From assembly GCA_964448355.1 (NCBI GenBank), contig CAYUWC010000002.1:1995-65994 (forward strand): a stretch of 64,000 nt of DNA. The letters run 5' to 3'. Within the stretch, counting starts at the first letter, position 1. Each line of letters starts with the position of its first letter. The position numbers were made by a program, and so were the translations under genes. This DNA comes from an uncultured Oscillospiraceae bacterium. GTDB lineage: Bacteria > Bacillota > Clostridia > Oscillospirales > UBA644. Below the pieces are notes generated by a model. It made no database searches and was not told the DNA's origin. It worked only from the letters and a program-made list of their open reading frames with translations. Of this stretch, positions 53,121-63,861 are shown in pieces.

Positions 53121-53858
53121 TTACATATAAGTAATAAGCTCGCCGTATTCGGCAAGAACTTTTTTGTTGTGCTCGTCGCCGCCGTCGAGATTTGCGCTGA
53201 TAAACACGGGCGGAGTGATTCCTTTTTCGATAAACATACCGACAGCCTCCGCGACGACCGCGTTAAGAACGGCTGCGCCTGCGGCTGTTGAAGTCGGGCC
53301 GGACTTTTCGTCGAACCCGTCGAAGGAAACGGCAGCGTCGCCTATATCGCCGCAATTGTCGAGGACAAGCGAGCATACCTCAAAAAGTCTTTTTCCGCTC
53401 GAATGACGAGAAGAAACGGACGAGGAATATTTAACATTTGTAAGACACACGACAAAAACGCCTCTGCGAGCGGCTTCGAGAGCCATATCGATGCTTACGG
53501 GGTTTCTGCCGGAGACGGAATGGATTAAGAGAAGATCGCCGCTTTGAAGATTTTTTCTTGCGATAACGGTTGTCCCATACCCTTCGATTCGCTCGATGTC
53601 GCTCGTAAGAGTTACGGGGGACACGTCAAGCTCAAGGCCGGGCGCGAAGATGGGGTTTATCGTTACAAGACCGCCGGAGCGGTAAAAAAGTTCTTTTGGC
53701 AACAGCCCTGCGTGACCGCAGCCGACAGCATATATGCGGTTTTTACGAACAGTCGTTTCAACCATATGTTCGGCGCAGGATTTGATCGCATCGAGCTGTG
53801 TTGATCGGATCTGACGGAGGATCTCGTCAAGTCGCAAAAAATATTTTTCGGAATACAT
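53121..53858 (-). CDS. SIS (sugar isomerase) domain protein, UPF0309-like
   Basis: The phosphosugar-binding fold is indicated by IYAVGCGHAGLL and DLLLIHSVSGRNPV. GGAGG lies 8 nt upstream of the ATG at 53858; the track ORF starts at 53882. Confidence 0.65.
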   Translation of the reverse strand: MYSEKYFLRLDEILRQIRSTQLDAIKSCAEHMVETTVRKNRIYAVGCGHAGLLPKELFYRSGGLVTINPIFAPGLELDVSPVTLTSDIERIEGYGTTVIARKNLQSGDLLLIHSVSGRNPVSIDMALEAARRGVFVVCLTNVKYSSSVSSRHSSGKRLFEVCSLVLDNCGDIGDAAVSFDGFDEKSGPTSTAAGAAVLNAVVAEAVGMFIEKGITPPVFISANLDGGDEHNKKVLAEYGELITYM

Positions 53859-53912
53859 AAAGTTGGCCTCCGTCAAGAGCACAAGCGGCGTGCCTGATCA
53901 ATAAAGAGGTAA

Positions 53913-54287
53913 TTACTTAAGTTCGACAGATGCGCCTGCAGCTTCGAGTTTGGATTTAAGTTCTTCTGCTTCGTCAGAGGAAACCTTTTCTTTGATAGCT
54001 TTGGGAGCGTTATCAACGATTTCCTTAGCTTCTTTAAGACCGAGACCTGTGATTTCTTTAACTGCTTTGATAACAGCCATTTTGCTTGCGCCTGCGTCTG
54101 TGAGGACAACGTCAAATTCGGTCTGAGCAGCGGGAGCGGCATCAGCAGCGGGAGCAGCGGCAACAGCAGCAACGGGAGTTGCGGATACGCCGAATTCTTC
54201 CTCGATTGCTTTTACGAGATCAGCAAGTTCGAGGATAGTGAGAGATTTGATATCTTCTAAGATTTTAAGAGACTTTTCAGTAGCCAT
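53913..54287 (-). CDS. rplL: 50S ribosomal protein L7/L12
   Basis: 124 aa. It has an Ala-rich hinge and a C-terminal domain reading [21 protein letters not shown]. Confidence 0.97.
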   Translation of the reverse strand: MATEKSLKILEDIKSLTILELADLVKAIEEEFGVSATPVAAVAAAPAADAAPAAQTEFDVVLTDAGASKMAVIKAVKEITGLGLKEAKEIVDNAPKAIKEKVSSDEAEELKSKLEAAGASVELK

Positions 54288-54379
54288 TTTAATTTTCCTC
54301 CTGATGATTTTGAAAAAATAATTAAAGATTTTCGGGTTTTGAACCCGTTTGTTAAAATCGGACCGTTAAAAGACCCGGA

Positions 54380-54901
54380 TTACTCTGCGGCAGGAGCTTC
54401 TTCTTCGCCGCTTGTTTCTTTGTCGATTTTTGCCTGAAGAACGTATGCAAGACCGTAAAGCGGGCTCTGGATACTGCCGAGAAGTTTTGCGATAAGACCT
54501 TCTCTGGACGGGATCTTGGACAGCTCTACAACTCCGTCAACGTCGAGGATCTCGCCGTCGATAAAGCCTGCTTTGACCACGAGGTTTTCGTGTTTCTTGG
54601 CAAATTCGCAGATGACCTTTGCCGGAGCCGTGAAATCTTCGCTTGTTGCGAGAGCGGTTGTTCCGTTAAAGACATCGGAGAGTGCGTCGTAGCCTACGTT
54701 TTTGGCAGCCATTCTTGTAAGAGTGTTCTTAACAACGGAATATTCAACACCGTTTTTACGAAGTTCTCTACGAAGAGCGGTGTCGTCCTGAACGTTAAGG
54801 CCCATGTAACTTACGATAACACCTGACTTGGCGTTTTTAATACGCTCGGTAAGCTCGTTGACGATTTGCTGTTTCTCCGCAAGGATTTTGTTGCTGGGCA
54901 T
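54380..54901 (-). CDS. rplJ: 50S ribosomal protein L10
   Basis: The 173-aa form starts at the ATG at 54901, preceded by GGAGGTGACAAAACA. The rplJ-rplL pair supports the call. Confidence 0.93.
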   Translation of the reverse strand: MPSNKILAEKQQIVNELTERIKNAKSGVIVSYMGLNVQDDTALRRELRKNGVEYSVVKNTLTRMAAKNVGYDALSDVFNGTTALATSEDFTAPAKVICEFAKKHENLVVKAGFIDGEILDVDGVVELSKIPSREGLIAKLLGSIQSPLYGLAYVLQAKIDKETSGEEEAPAAE

Positions 54902-55111
54902 TGTTTTGTCACCTCCCAATGTAACTTATGCCTTTAGGTCTCCTGAATAAATATAAAAAGAAAGCTCTTTCAAAACAGCACTGTCTTGAAAGAGCGAAAT
55001 AATTCCGTAAATAATGTTATCTTAAGAAATTAAATCTCTTCCTCGACAGGCGTACATTAAGACGGTAAACCGTCGCCTGTTGTCTCAGGAAACGCAACAC
55101 TCATTTATGAG
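54902..55111 (-). ncRNA. probable ribosomal protein L10 (rplJ) leader / autoregulatory 5' UTR
   Basis: It is a ~200-nt structured untranslated region between a perfect promoter and rplJ. It contains stem-loops such as CTCTTTCAAgacagtgctgttTTGAAAGAG and ACAGGCGacggtttaccgtcttaatgtaCGCCTGT on the coding strand. I have not verified it against a covariance model. Confidence 0.5.
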
Positions 55112-55118
55112 CCTAAAC

Positions 55119-55147
55119 ATTATATCACTTTCATCGTCGTTTGTCAA
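55119..55147 (-). promoter_or_regulatory. consensus sigma-A promoter of the rplJL operon
   Basis: The reverse strand reads TTGACA, then 17 nt, then TATAAT (-35 at 55142-55147, -10 at 55119-55124). Confidence 0.75.
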
Positions 55148-55194
55148 CACCGAAAACGAAACAATGTTTGACATTTTAAAAAACTAATTGTGTT

Positions 55195-57600
55195 TTACTT
55201 GATAACGATATTGACCATTCTGCCGGGGACGAATATTTCTTTAACAACGGTATGTCCGTCGAGATAGCCTTTTACTTTATCGTCGGTTTTAGCTGCGGCG
55301 ATAGCGGTATCTTTATCGGCGTCTGCGGGGATAACGACTGTCGCGCGGAGCTTGCCGTTGATCTGGACGGGGATCTCGACTGTTGACGCGACTGTCTTGC
55401 TTTCGTCGTAAGAGATCCACTTGCCGGAAGCGAGCATACCCTCGCCGCCGATCGTTTCCCACATCTCTTCGCAGATATGGGGTGCAAACGGAGAAAGGAG
55501 TGTTAAAAACGCTTTAAGCTCGGCATGATTTACGGTTTTGACATCGTAAATTTCGTTGAGCAGGCTCATAAGAGCGGCGATAGCGGTGTTAAACTTCATA
55601 GCCTCGATATCTTCGGAGACTTTTTTGATAGTTTTGTGGATAGACATTTCGAGTTTTTCGGAGAACTCGTCGCCGTCTGTAAGCATCGGCAGCAAGCCCC
55701 AAACTCTGTCAAGGAAGCGTTTGCAGCCTTTAACGCCGTTTTCGGACCACGGTGCGGATTTTTCGAAATCGCCTATAAACATAACGTACAAACGCAGCGT
55801 GTCTGCGCCGAAGTCGCGAACGATATCGTCGGGATTTATAACATTTCCGCGAGATTTTGACATTTTTTCTCCGCCTTCGCCGAGGATCATACCGTGAGCC
55901 GTTCTCTTTTGGTACGGTTCGGGGCAGGAGACGAGGCCGATATCGTAAAGGAACTTATGCCAAAAACGCGAATAGAGCAAATGAAGAGTTACGTGCTCCA
56001 TACCGCCGTTGTACCAATCGACGGGCATCCAATAATCGAGTGCTTCTTTGGACGCGATGCAAGTATCGTTATGCGGATCGCAATAGCGCAGGAAGTACCA
56101 GGACGAGCCTGCCCAGTTCGGCATGGTGTCGGTCTCGCGTTTTGCGGGGCCTCCGCAGTGCGGACAGGTCGTGTTGATCCAGTCGGTCATTTTGGCGAGC
56201 GGAGATTCGCCGTTATCGGTAGGTTTATAGCTTTCGACGGGGGGAAGACGAAGCGGAAGTTCTTCTTCGGGCAGCGGGACCCAACCGCATTTTTCGCAAT
56301 AAACGAGGGGAACGGGTTCGCCCCAGTAGCGTTGACGCGAGAATACCCAGTCACGCAGCTTAAAGTTTGTTTTGCTAACACCTATACCTTTATCCGTCAG
56401 CCATTGGATCATGGCTTTTTTCGCATCGGCAACTTCCATTCCGTCAAGGAAGCCGGAATTGACCATTTTGCCTGTTGAAACATCGGTGAAAGCTGCTGAT
56501 TGAACATCGCCTCCGGCGACGACTTCGATTATGGGCAAGTCGAACTTCTTTGCAAACTCCCAGTCACGCTCGTCATGTGCGGGAACAGCCATAATAGCGC
56601 CCGTACCGTAAGAAACGAGGACGTAATCGGAAACAAATATCGGTATTTGCTTGCCGTTTACGGGGTTGATGGCACAAACGCCGTCGAGCCTGATACCTGT
56701 TTTGTCTTTGGCAAGCTCTGTACGTTCAAAATCGCTCTTTTTTGCGGCTTCGGCCCTGTAAGCGACGATATCCTCGTAATTTTTGAGACTGTCTTTCCAT
56801 TTTTCGATATACCGATGTTCGGGCGAGATAACCATATAAGTTGCGCCGAAAAGCGTATCGGGACGTGTTGTATAAACACGAAGCTTGTCGCCGGCAGTCG
56901 TTTCAAAATCGACCTCTGCGCCGTGAGAACGACCGATCCAGTTTATTTCCTGTGTTTTAACACGTTCGATAAAATCGAGGCCTTCGAGGTCGTCTATGAG
57001 CCTGTCGGCATACTCGGTGATCTTAAGCATCCACTGGCTTTTTACTTTATGTTCGACTTCGCCGCCGCAACGTTCGCATCTGCCGCCGACAACCTCCTCG
57101 TTTGCGAGGACGATCTTACAGGACTTGCAGAAGTTGACGCTCATTTCTTTTTTATATGCAAGGCCGCGTTTGAACAGTTGCAGGAATATCCACTGTGTCC
57201 ATTTATAATAATTGGGGTCTGTGGTGTTGATCTCTCTGGACCAATCGAAAGAAAGGCCGAGAGATTTTATTTGTTCTCTGAAGCGTGCAACGTTTTTTTC
57301 AGTAACAAGCTCTGGACGAACGTTGTTTTTAATGGCGTAGTTTTCCGTCGGAAGACCGAAAGCGTCCCAACCGAGCGGATAAAGGACGTTATAGCCCTCC
57401 ATTCTGCGTTTTCTCGCAACGATATCGAGCGCGGTATAGGGGCGAGGATGACCGACATGAAGGCCCTGACCGGACGGATAAGGAAACTCTACGAGAGCGT
57501 AATATTTGGGAAGAGTATAGTCGTTTTTAGCTTCGAATACGTGAGATTCTTCCCATTTTTTTTGCCATTTTTTTTCGATGGAAGTGTAATCGTAACCCAT
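55195..57600 (-). CDS. leuS: leucine--tRNA ligase
   Basis: 801 aa. [14 protein letters not shown] (HIGH) and KMSKSRGN (KMSKS) are present, together with a CP1 editing domain. Confidence 0.97.
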   Translation of the reverse strand: MGYDYTSIEKKWQKKWEESHVFEAKNDYTLPKYYALVEFPYPSGQGLHVGHPRPYTALDIVARKRRMEGYNVLYPLGWDAFGLPTENYAIKNNVRPELVTEKNVARFREQIKSLGLSFDWSREINTTDPNYYKWTQWIFLQLFKRGLAYKKEMSVNFCKSCKIVLANEEVVGGRCERCGGEVEHKVKSQWMLKITEYADRLIDDLEGLDFIERVKTQEINWIGRSHGAEVDFETTAGDKLRVYTTRPDTLFGATYMVISPEHRYIEKWKDSLKNYEDIVAYRAEAAKKSDFERTELAKDKTGIRLDGVCAINPVNGKQIPIFVSDYVLVSYGTGAIMAVPAHDERDWEFAKKFDLPIIEVVAGGDVQSAAFTDVSTGKMVNSGFLDGMEVADAKKAMIQWLTDKGIGVSKTNFKLRDWVFSRQRYWGEPVPLVYCEKCGWVPLPEEELPLRLPPVESYKPTDNGESPLAKMTDWINTTCPHCGGPAKRETDTMPNWAGSSWYFLRYCDPHNDTCIASKEALDYWMPVDWYNGGMEHVTLHLLYSRFWHKFLYDIGLVSCPEPYQKRTAHGMILGEGGEKMSKSRGNVINPDDIVRDFGADTLRLYVMFIGDFEKSAPWSENGVKGCKRFLDRVWGLLPMLTDGDEFSEKLEMSIHKTIKKVSEDIEAMKFNTAIAALMSLLNEIYDVKTVNHAELKAFLTLLSPFAPHICEEMWETIGGEGMLASGKWISYDESKTVASTVEIPVQINGKLRATVVIPADADKDTAIAAAKTDDKVKGYLDGHTVVKEIFVPGRMVNIVIK

Positions 57601-57601
57601 T

Positions 57602-57967
57602 TCAGTTTTCTCCCTGCTGTTCGAGGTATTTATTTACGTCGATCTCGATGCCGTCTTTCCAGAAACGTTCGAGGTCGTAAAACTCACGTGCCTGTTTTGT
57701 ATAGACGTGAACGATAACATCGTAATAATCGAGAAGTATCCAACCGCCTTCGGGTTGACCTTCGCGGTGACCGAGCTTATATCCGGCTTCGTCGAGCTTA
57801 AACTCGCACTCGTCGGCAAGCGTGCGCACCTGTGTTGTTGACGTACCGTTACAAATAACAAAATACGAAGCGAGAGTTGTTATCTCGTCTATTTTTATTA
57901 CTTTTATATTGACCGCGCCTTTTGAATCAAGCGCATTGACAGCCTTTTTTACCATTTCTTCTGTCAT
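57602..57967 (-). CDS. rsfS: ribosome silencing factor RsfS
   Basis: 121 aa. [20 protein letters not shown] and [10 protein letters not shown] are present, in the conserved nadD-yqeK-rsfS context. Confidence 0.9.
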   Translation of the reverse strand: MTEEMVKKAVNALDSKGAVNIKVIKIDEITTLASYFVICNGTSTTQVRTLADECEFKLDEAGYKLGHREGQPEGGWILLDYYDVIVHVYTKQAREFYDLERFWKDGIEIDVNKYLEQQGEN

Positions 57968-59160
57968 TTTTTACTGTCCTTTCTTTGTTTGATTATATAA
58001 TTATACATTTCTATCGTGTCGGGGTGAATGCTCTTTTCCGTTGTTAACATATTGCCGATTATCCATTTCATGCCTTCAAAAAGAGCTTCGTCGAGGTCGT
58101 TATCGGCAAGAGCGCGATAATAGCCCACGTCAGAATAATTACGTGTCGGTTCGATAAAGTCCGCCACGTATATTATTTTTTCGAGCAACGACATATTTTT
58201 TCTGCCCGTTGTGTGGTAGCGGATAGCGGAAAGTATTTCGGGGTCGTTGATAAATATCTTGTATTTTACAAGATATTCCGCCGTTATCGCATGAATGACC
58301 TGCGGAGAATCGAGATCGGCATCGGTAAGAGAGATCCTGCGTTTTTCGCAAAACGTGATCTGTTCGTCATCCGTCATATTTTTCGTTATATCGTGAAGCA
58401 GGCCAGCGATCTTTGCTTTTTGAGGATCTGCACCGTATTTTTCCGCGAGATAGACGGCTGTTTTCGCAACGCCGAGGCAATGTTTGTATCTTTTTTCGGG
58501 CAAACGTGCACGGAGCAGAGCTTCGGCTTTTACAAGGTCAAAATCGTTTTTTTTGATTTTGATTTTGTAATAGAGGCTGTGTTGAATAATATATTCACAG
58601 ACTTTTTGCGGTACGACGTCCGAAACATCGAAGCCCCTGCCGATTGCCGTTCTGATCTCCGTGGAGCTTATCTGCACGGGAGAAAAATCATAAACGTTCA
58701 CTGCCGCTCCGAATTGCTTGCGAAGATAGCGGGCTTGTTCGTCGAGAGCCGCGCGATCGGAGCCTGTTCGGGAAAAGCAGGCGATCGAGCAGAGTTGAAC
58801 AATGCGTTCGACTTTGTACCATTTATGGAACGATAAAAGCATATCCGAGCCTGTGTAAAGAACTATCTCGTCGTCGGGATATCTCGAAGCGAGCCATTCG
58901 AGGGTCTCGACAGAGTAGCTTTTGCCGCCTTTTTGTATTTCATAATCGCATATTTTTGTTTTTTCAATATCCGAAAACGCAAGCCTTGCCATATTAAGTC
59001 GTTCCATATCGTAGGCTTGACCGTCCGGTTTATGGGGCGGGGTGCCTGTCGGGATAACGAGAGCAAGGTCGAGGTTGCACGTTGAAATAAAAGCCGAAAG
59101 AGCGGCGACATGACCGTAATGCGGAGGGTCGAACGTTCCGCCGAAAAAACCTATCCTCAT
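57964..59160 (-). CDS. nadD: fusion of nicotinate-nucleotide adenylyltransferase (NadD) with a YqeK-type HD-domain phosphohydrolase
   Basis: The N-terminus MRIGFFGGTFDPPHYGHV is the NadD (H/T)xGH motif. The C-terminal half has RYKHCLGVAKTAVYLAEKYG and IAGLLHDITK (HD motif). The start at 59160 forms an ATGA overlap with the yhbY stop. Confidence 0.85.
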   Translation of the reverse strand: MRIGFFGGTFDPPHYGHVAALSAFISTCNLDLALVIPTGTPPHKPDGQAYDMERLNMARLAFSDIEKTKICDYEIQKGGKSYSVETLEWLASRYPDDEIVLYTGSDMLLSFHKWYKVERIVQLCSIACFSRTGSDRAALDEQARYLRKQFGAAVNVYDFSPVQISSTEIRTAIGRGFDVSDVVPQKVCEYIIQHSLYYKIKIKKNDFDLVKAEALLRARLPEKRYKHCLGVAKTAVYLAEKYGADPQKAKIAGLLHDITKNMTDDEQITFCEKRRISLTDADLDSPQVIHAITAEYLVKYKIFINDPEILSAIRYHTTGRKNMSLLEKIIYVADFIEPTRNYSDVGYYRALADNDLDEALFEGMKWIIGNMLTTEKSIHPDTIEMYNYIIKQRKDSKK

Positions 59161-59444
59161 TTCGGCAGCTCGATTTTCGGTTTTTTCGACCGTCTGTACA
59201 GAACGGCTTTCGAACCGATCGAACATATGACCTCTGCCGAACACGCTTCGGCGAGAAGGACGGCTGCCTCAAGGGGTGAAAGCTCGCAGTTTTCGAGGCA
59301 TTTGAGTTTGATGAGTTCACGTGCTTCGAGAGCATCTTCTGCCTGTTTTACGATATTGTCGTTCATACCGCCTTTGCCGATATGAAGGATCGCGTCTTCT
59401 TTTGACGCGAGACCGCGAAGATATGCGCGTTGTTTACTTGTCAT
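59157..59444 (-). CDS. yhbY: YhbY-family (CRM domain) RNA-binding protein
   Basis: 95 aa. MTSKQRAYLRGLA, ILHIGKGG and LIKLK are present. Confidence 0.85.
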   Translation of the reverse strand: MTSKQRAYLRGLASKEDAILHIGKGGMNDNIVKQAEDALEARELIKLKCLENCELSPLEAAVLLAEACSAEVICSIGSKAVLYRRSKKPKIELPK

Positions 59445-59456
59445 TATGATGTTTCC

Positions 59457-60050
59457 TTAATTTTCGATTAATTTTTTTCTTAACGCCGCAAGAGCGTTCG
59501 CCCTGTGGCTGATATTGTTTTTTATGCTGCCGTCAAGCTCGGCAAAAGTTTTGCCGTACTGTTCGACCAAAAAATGCGGGTCGTATCCGAATCCGTTGCA
59601 GCCGCGCGCCTCGTCGATTATAACACCGGGGCATTCGCCCTCGGCGGTGACTGTTTTTCCGTCGGGCCAAACGAGTGCGATCGCGCTTTTGAACACGGCA
59701 CGTCTGTCTGTGATACCGCGCATTTTTTCGACGAGCTTTTTATTGTTGCTCTCGTCGGAAGCGTTGCCGTCGGATTTGCTTGCGTAACGTGCGGAATACA
59801 CGCCCGGCTCGCCGTTAAGAGCAAAGACGCAAAGACCGCTGTCGTCTGCAATCGAAGGTTTACCGCCTGCTTTTGCGGCTGCACGGGCTTTGATCAGCGC
59901 ATTTTCGAGGAATGTCGTGCCTGTTTCTTCCGGGTCGGAAACGATACCGGCTTCGGCAAGAGACACAGGCTCGAACATATCGCCGAGGATCTGCTTGATC
60001 TCGCGGATCTTGTTTTTATTGTTGGAAGCAACGACCAAAATATTGTTCAT
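59457..60050 (-). CDS. rdgB: non-canonical purine NTP pyrophosphatase (RdgB/HAM1 family)
   Basis: VVASNNKNKIREI, ETGTTFLENALIKA, ADDSGL, GFGYDP and SHRANA are present. The start is ATG at 60050 or GTG at 60062. Confidence 0.9.
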   Translation of the reverse strand: MNNILVVASNNKNKIREIKQILGDMFEPVSLAEAGIVSDPEETGTTFLENALIKARAAAKAGGKPSIADDSGLCVFALNGEPGVYSARYASKSDGNASDESNNKKLVEKMRGITDRRAVFKSAIALVWPDGKTVTAEGECPGVIIDEARGCNGFGYDPHFLVEQYGKTFAELDGSIKNNISHRANALAALRKKLIEN

Positions 60051-60068
60051 TTCGCATTTCACCGTCTT

Positions 60069-63000
60069 TTATTTAAAATAAGAAACGCCCGCCTCGAATA
60101 TTTGCATATTTTTATTGCCGTAAATATTCTTTGCGATGTTTTCACCGCGACGTTCGCTATGGCCCATCTTGCCGAATATTTTTCCGTCGGGCGAGAATAT
60201 GCCCTCGATAGCGTCTGCGGAAGTATTGGGATTATAACGTATATCCATGGTCGGTTCGCCCGATTTGTCAACATACTGCGTTGCGATCTGACCGTTTTTG
60301 GCAAGCTCGGAAAGCATAGCCGTTGAAGCGACAAACCTGCCCTCGCCGTGGGACACGGGAACGGTATATATATCGCCGAGTGAGCAATTTTTCATCCACG
60401 GAGAATCGACCGACGATATGCGTGTGTTAACATAAAGCGACTGATGTCTGCCGATAGCGTTAAACGTGAGGGTGGGTGACGTTACGTCGATATCACGTAT
60501 CTCGCCGTAAGGAACAAGTCCGAGCTTGATGAGAGCCTGAAAACCGTTGCAAATGCCGAGCATTAAAAAATCGTCGCTTTGAAGACGTGTATTGACGAGT
60601 TCTTTTATACGTTCGTTACGGAAGAACGTTGCGATAAACTTACCGGAGCCGTCTGGTTCGTCGCCGCCGGAAAAGCCGCCGGGGAGCATTACGATCTGAG
60701 CCGATCTGATCGCTCTTTCGAGGCGTTCGACGCTGCCGGATATATCGATTGCGGAACGATTGCGTATAAGGACGATCTCGGTATCGGCGCCGGCTGTTTG
60801 AAACGCACGAGCCGAATCGTATTCGCAGTTCGTGCCGGGGAAAGCGGGAATGACGACTTTAGGTCTGTTTATTTTAACCAAAGGAGCTTTGGCAGGACGT
60901 GCGGCACAATCGTATTTTTTTGCGGTGCCGTATGCAGCTTCGGTATTGAGGGGGAAGACGTCTTCGAGAACGGCTTTCCACGTTCTTGTTAAACTATCGA
61001 GGGAAACGACCTCTTTATTATAAGATATCGTTCTTGTTTTATTGATACGACCGACTTTTTTAAATCCGCTCATCGGCGTGTCTGTTTCGAAGACAAAGCC
61101 GCCGTAATAAGGCGTAAAGAGCATTTCGGGCAAAAGACCCGACGAGAGTTCAACGCCCTTGCCGTTGCCGACAGCCATTTTGAACACAGCCTCGGCAATA
61201 CCTCCGGACGTTATTGCAGAGCATGCCTTACAGAAATCCGCATTGACAACGGCGTGCATGAGCGCGAAGTCTTCGTTAAGGGCCGCAAATTTAGGCAGAC
61301 CGTTTTTGTCGTATTGAGGCAAGCAGGCGTAAATGTAGCCGTCATCGGTTTTAAATTCGTTGGATTTTACTTTGTCGGCGTCTGCGACGGAAACGGCAAA
61401 AGAAACGAGTGTCGGCGGAACGTCTATATTCTCAAAAGAGCCTGACATCGAATCCTTGCCGCCGATTGCTGCAATACCGAGTTCGGTTTGAGCGGTAAGT
61501 GCGCCGAGAAGCGCTTCAAAAGGCTTGCCCCAGCGTTCGGGGTCGTTCTTCGTGCTTGCAAAGTATTCCTGAAGCGAAAGCCAGATCTTATCTTGCGGAC
61601 AGCCTGCGGCGATAAGTTTTGCGACACTTTCGACTATAGCGAACACTGCGCCTTTAAACGGGCTTTCGGACGAGAGATACGGGTCGAAACCGTATGCCAT
61701 CACGGAAGCCGTACCGCTTTCGCCTTTAAGGCAGGGGATCTTTGCCGCCATGACCTGCGACGGGGTGAGCTGTTCTTCACCGCCGAACGGCGAAAGAACG
61801 CTGCGTGCGCCGATAGAGCTGTCGAAACGTTCGACAAGGCCTTTTTGGCAGCATACGTTAAGGTCCGATACGAGTTTGTTCATTCTTTCGGCAAAAGACG
61901 AAATATCTTCGGGTTTTTCGGTTTTTTCAAATTTGGGTACTTTAACGCAAGTATGTTTTTCCGCACCGCTGCTGTTAAGAAAATCACGGGAAATATTAAC
62001 TATTTCGGTATCGTTGCAAGCCATAACGAGGCGGTTTGTATCCGTAACGACCGCGATCTGCACGGCGTTGAGGTTTTCTTCCGCTGCGTATTTAACAAAA
62101 GTTTCCGCATCGTTTTTATCCACAACGACCGCCATACGTTCCTGGGATTCGGAAATGGCAAGCTCCGTACCGTCGAGACCGGCGTATTTTTTGGGAACTT
62201 TGTCAAGATCGATAAAAAGTCCGTCCGCAAGCTCGCCCACAGCGACTGAAACGCCGCCTGCGCCGAAGTCGTTACAACGCTTGATAAGACGAGTGACTTC
62301 CGGTCTTCTGAACATTTTCTGTATTTTAAGCTCTTCGACGGGGTTACCTTTTTGTACTTCCGCACCGCACTCCGTAATTGAATCGAGCGTGTGCTGTTTT
62401 GACGAGCCCGTGGCGCCGCCGCAGCCGTCACGTCCGGTAGCACCGCCGAGAAGGATTATAACATCGCCGGGTTTGGGGCATTCGCGAACGACGTTTTCCG
62501 CGGGAACAGCGCCGACAACAGCGCCGATCTCCATGCGTTTTGCAACATAACCCTCGTGATAAAATTCGTTGACTATGCCGGTCGAAAGTCCGATCTGATT
62601 ACCGTAAGAGCTGTAGCCCGCTGCGGCGGTGGTTGTTATTTTACGCTGAGGAAGCTTGCCCTTGAGTGTTTTTTCAAAAGGTGTACGAGGATCCGCGGCA
62701 CCTGTAACTCTCATAGCCTGATATACGTACGCACGTCCGGACAGAGGATCTCTTATCGCGCCGCCGAGACACGTTGCCGCACCGCCGAAAGGCTCGATCT
62801 CGGTCGGGTGGTTATGTGTTTCGTTTTTGAACATGAGAAGATAATCTTTATCTTCGCCGTCGATCTTTGCCTTGATATTAACCGAACAAGCGTTTATCTC
62901 GTCGGAAACATCGAGAGCGGGAAGTTTACCTCGTTTGCGGAGGATTTTTCCGCCGATCGTTGCGATATCCATAAGGCAGATCGGCTTTTTCGTTCCGAGT

Positions 63001-63767
63001 TCTTCTCGGATATCGAGATATTTATCGTATGCTTTTTTAACAAAGTCGTTTTCGATCCGGGTACTGTCGATAACGGTGGAAAAAGTGGTGTGACGGCAGT
63101 GATCCGACCAATATGTATCGATCATCCTTATTTCGGTGATCGTGGGGTCTCGCCGTTCGGTGTTTTTAAAATAATCTTGAAGATAAAGAATATCGTCGAT
63201 GTCCATTGCAAGACCGTATTCTTTTACAAACGAGGAAAGCTCGGTTTCGTTCATATCCGTAAAGCCGGAAAGGATCTTTACGGGTTTCGGCTCGGCATAT
63301 TCAAAAGCGAGTGTTTCCGGTTTTTCGGGTGATGCCATACGTGATTCAACGGGGTTTATCAAATAGTTTTTTATCTGTTCAAACTCGTGCTCGCTAAGCT
63401 CGCCGAACAAGACGTATACTTTTCCGCTTTTAACGATCGGGCGGTCTTTGCCCGTAAGCAGTGAGATACATTGAGAACAGGATTCGGCACGAACATCGAA
63501 CTGACCGGGCAGATATTCCGTTTCGAACATTCTGAACTGTTCGGAAAAAGACGGAAGCTCGGAATAAACATCGTCCGTGTTAGGTTCGGAAAAAACGATT
63601 CCTTTCGCTTTTTCAAAATCTTCGGCAGATATGCCTTCAACATCGTATCTGTTAAAAAAGCACACGTTTTTAACGTCTATGCCGAGAGTTTTGCGGATAT
63701 CGACGGCAATACTTTTTGCTTCGACCGCAAATATATTCTTTTTTTCGGTATAAATTCTGTAGACCAT
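60069..63767 (-). CDS. purL: phosphoribosylformylglycinamidine synthase, single-chain large form
   Basis: ~1,230 aa. The FGAM synthetase AIR-synthase-like repeats include ETHNHPTEIEPFGGAATCLGGAIRD. The C-terminal glutaminase domain reads LGICNGFQALIKLG...SHGEGRF. I prefer the start MVYRIYTEKK at 63767; the track ORF starts at 63797. Confidence 0.93.
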   Translation of the reverse strand: MVYRIYTEKKNIFAVEAKSIAVDIRKTLGIDVKNVCFFNRYDVEGISAEDFEKAKGIVFSEPNTDDVYSELPSFSEQFRMFETEYLPGQFDVRAESCSQCISLLTGKDRPIVKSGKVYVLFGELSEHEFEQIKNYLINPVESRMASPEKPETLAFEYAEPKPVKILSGFTDMNETELSSFVKEYGLAMDIDDILYLQDYFKNTERRDPTITEIRMIDTYWSDHCRHTTFSTVIDSTRIENDFVKKAYDKYLDIREELGTKKPICLMDIATIGGKILRKRGKLPALDVSDEINACSVNIKAKIDGEDKDYLLMFKNETHNHPTEIEPFGGAATCLGGAIRDPLSGRAYVYQAMRVTGAADPRTPFEKTLKGKLPQRKITTTAAAGYSSYGNQIGLSTGIVNEFYHEGYVAKRMEIGAVVGAVPAENVVRECPKPGDVIILLGGATGRDGCGGATGSSKQHTLDSITECGAEVQKGNPVEELKIQKMFRRPEVTRLIKRCNDFGAGGVSVAVGELADGLFIDLDKVPKKYAGLDGTELAISESQERMAVVVDKNDAETFVKYAAEENLNAVQIAVVTDTNRLVMACNDTEIVNISRDFLNSSGAEKHTCVKVPKFEKTEKPEDISSFAERMNKLVSDLNVCCQKGLVERFDSSIGARSVLSPFGGEEQLTPSQVMAAKIPCLKGESGTASVMAYGFDPYLSSESPFKGAVFAIVESVAKLIAAGCPQDKIWLSLQEYFASTKNDPERWGKPFEALLGALTAQTELGIAAIGGKDSMSGSFENIDVPPTLVSFAVSVADADKVKSNEFKTDDGYIYACLPQYDKNGLPKFAALNEDFALMHAVVNADFCKACSAITSGGIAEAVFKMAVGNGKGVELSSGLLPEMLFTPYYGGFVFETDTPMSGFKKVGRINKTRTISYNKEVVSLDSLTRTWKAVLEDVFPLNTEAAYGTAKKYDCAARPAKAPLVKINRPKVVIPAFPGTNCEYDSARAFQTAGADTEIVLIRNRSAIDISGSVERLERAIRSAQIVMLPGGFSGGDEPDGSGKFIATFFRNERIKELVNTRLQSDDFLMLGICNGFQALIKLGLVPYGEIRDIDVTSPTLTFNAIGRHQSLYVNTRISSVDSPWMKNCSLGDIYTVPVSHGEGRFVASTAMLSELAKNGQIATQYVDKSGEPTMDIRYNPNTSADAIEGIFSPDGKIFGKMGHSERRGENIAKNIYGNKNMQIFEAGVSYFK

Positions 63768-63861
63768 AGTGACCCCATATATATTTTGAATATACAAGAA
63801 ATATTATTACTGATAATTATAGCACATTTTCTCCGTGTTTTCAATAGGTGAGGGAAAATTT

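Noticed and set aside
63798-63861. Purine riboswitch upstream of purL.
   Set aside because: Only ~95 nt separate the preferred purL start from the upstream gene's stop. I could not find the conserved purine-riboswitch junction sequence.
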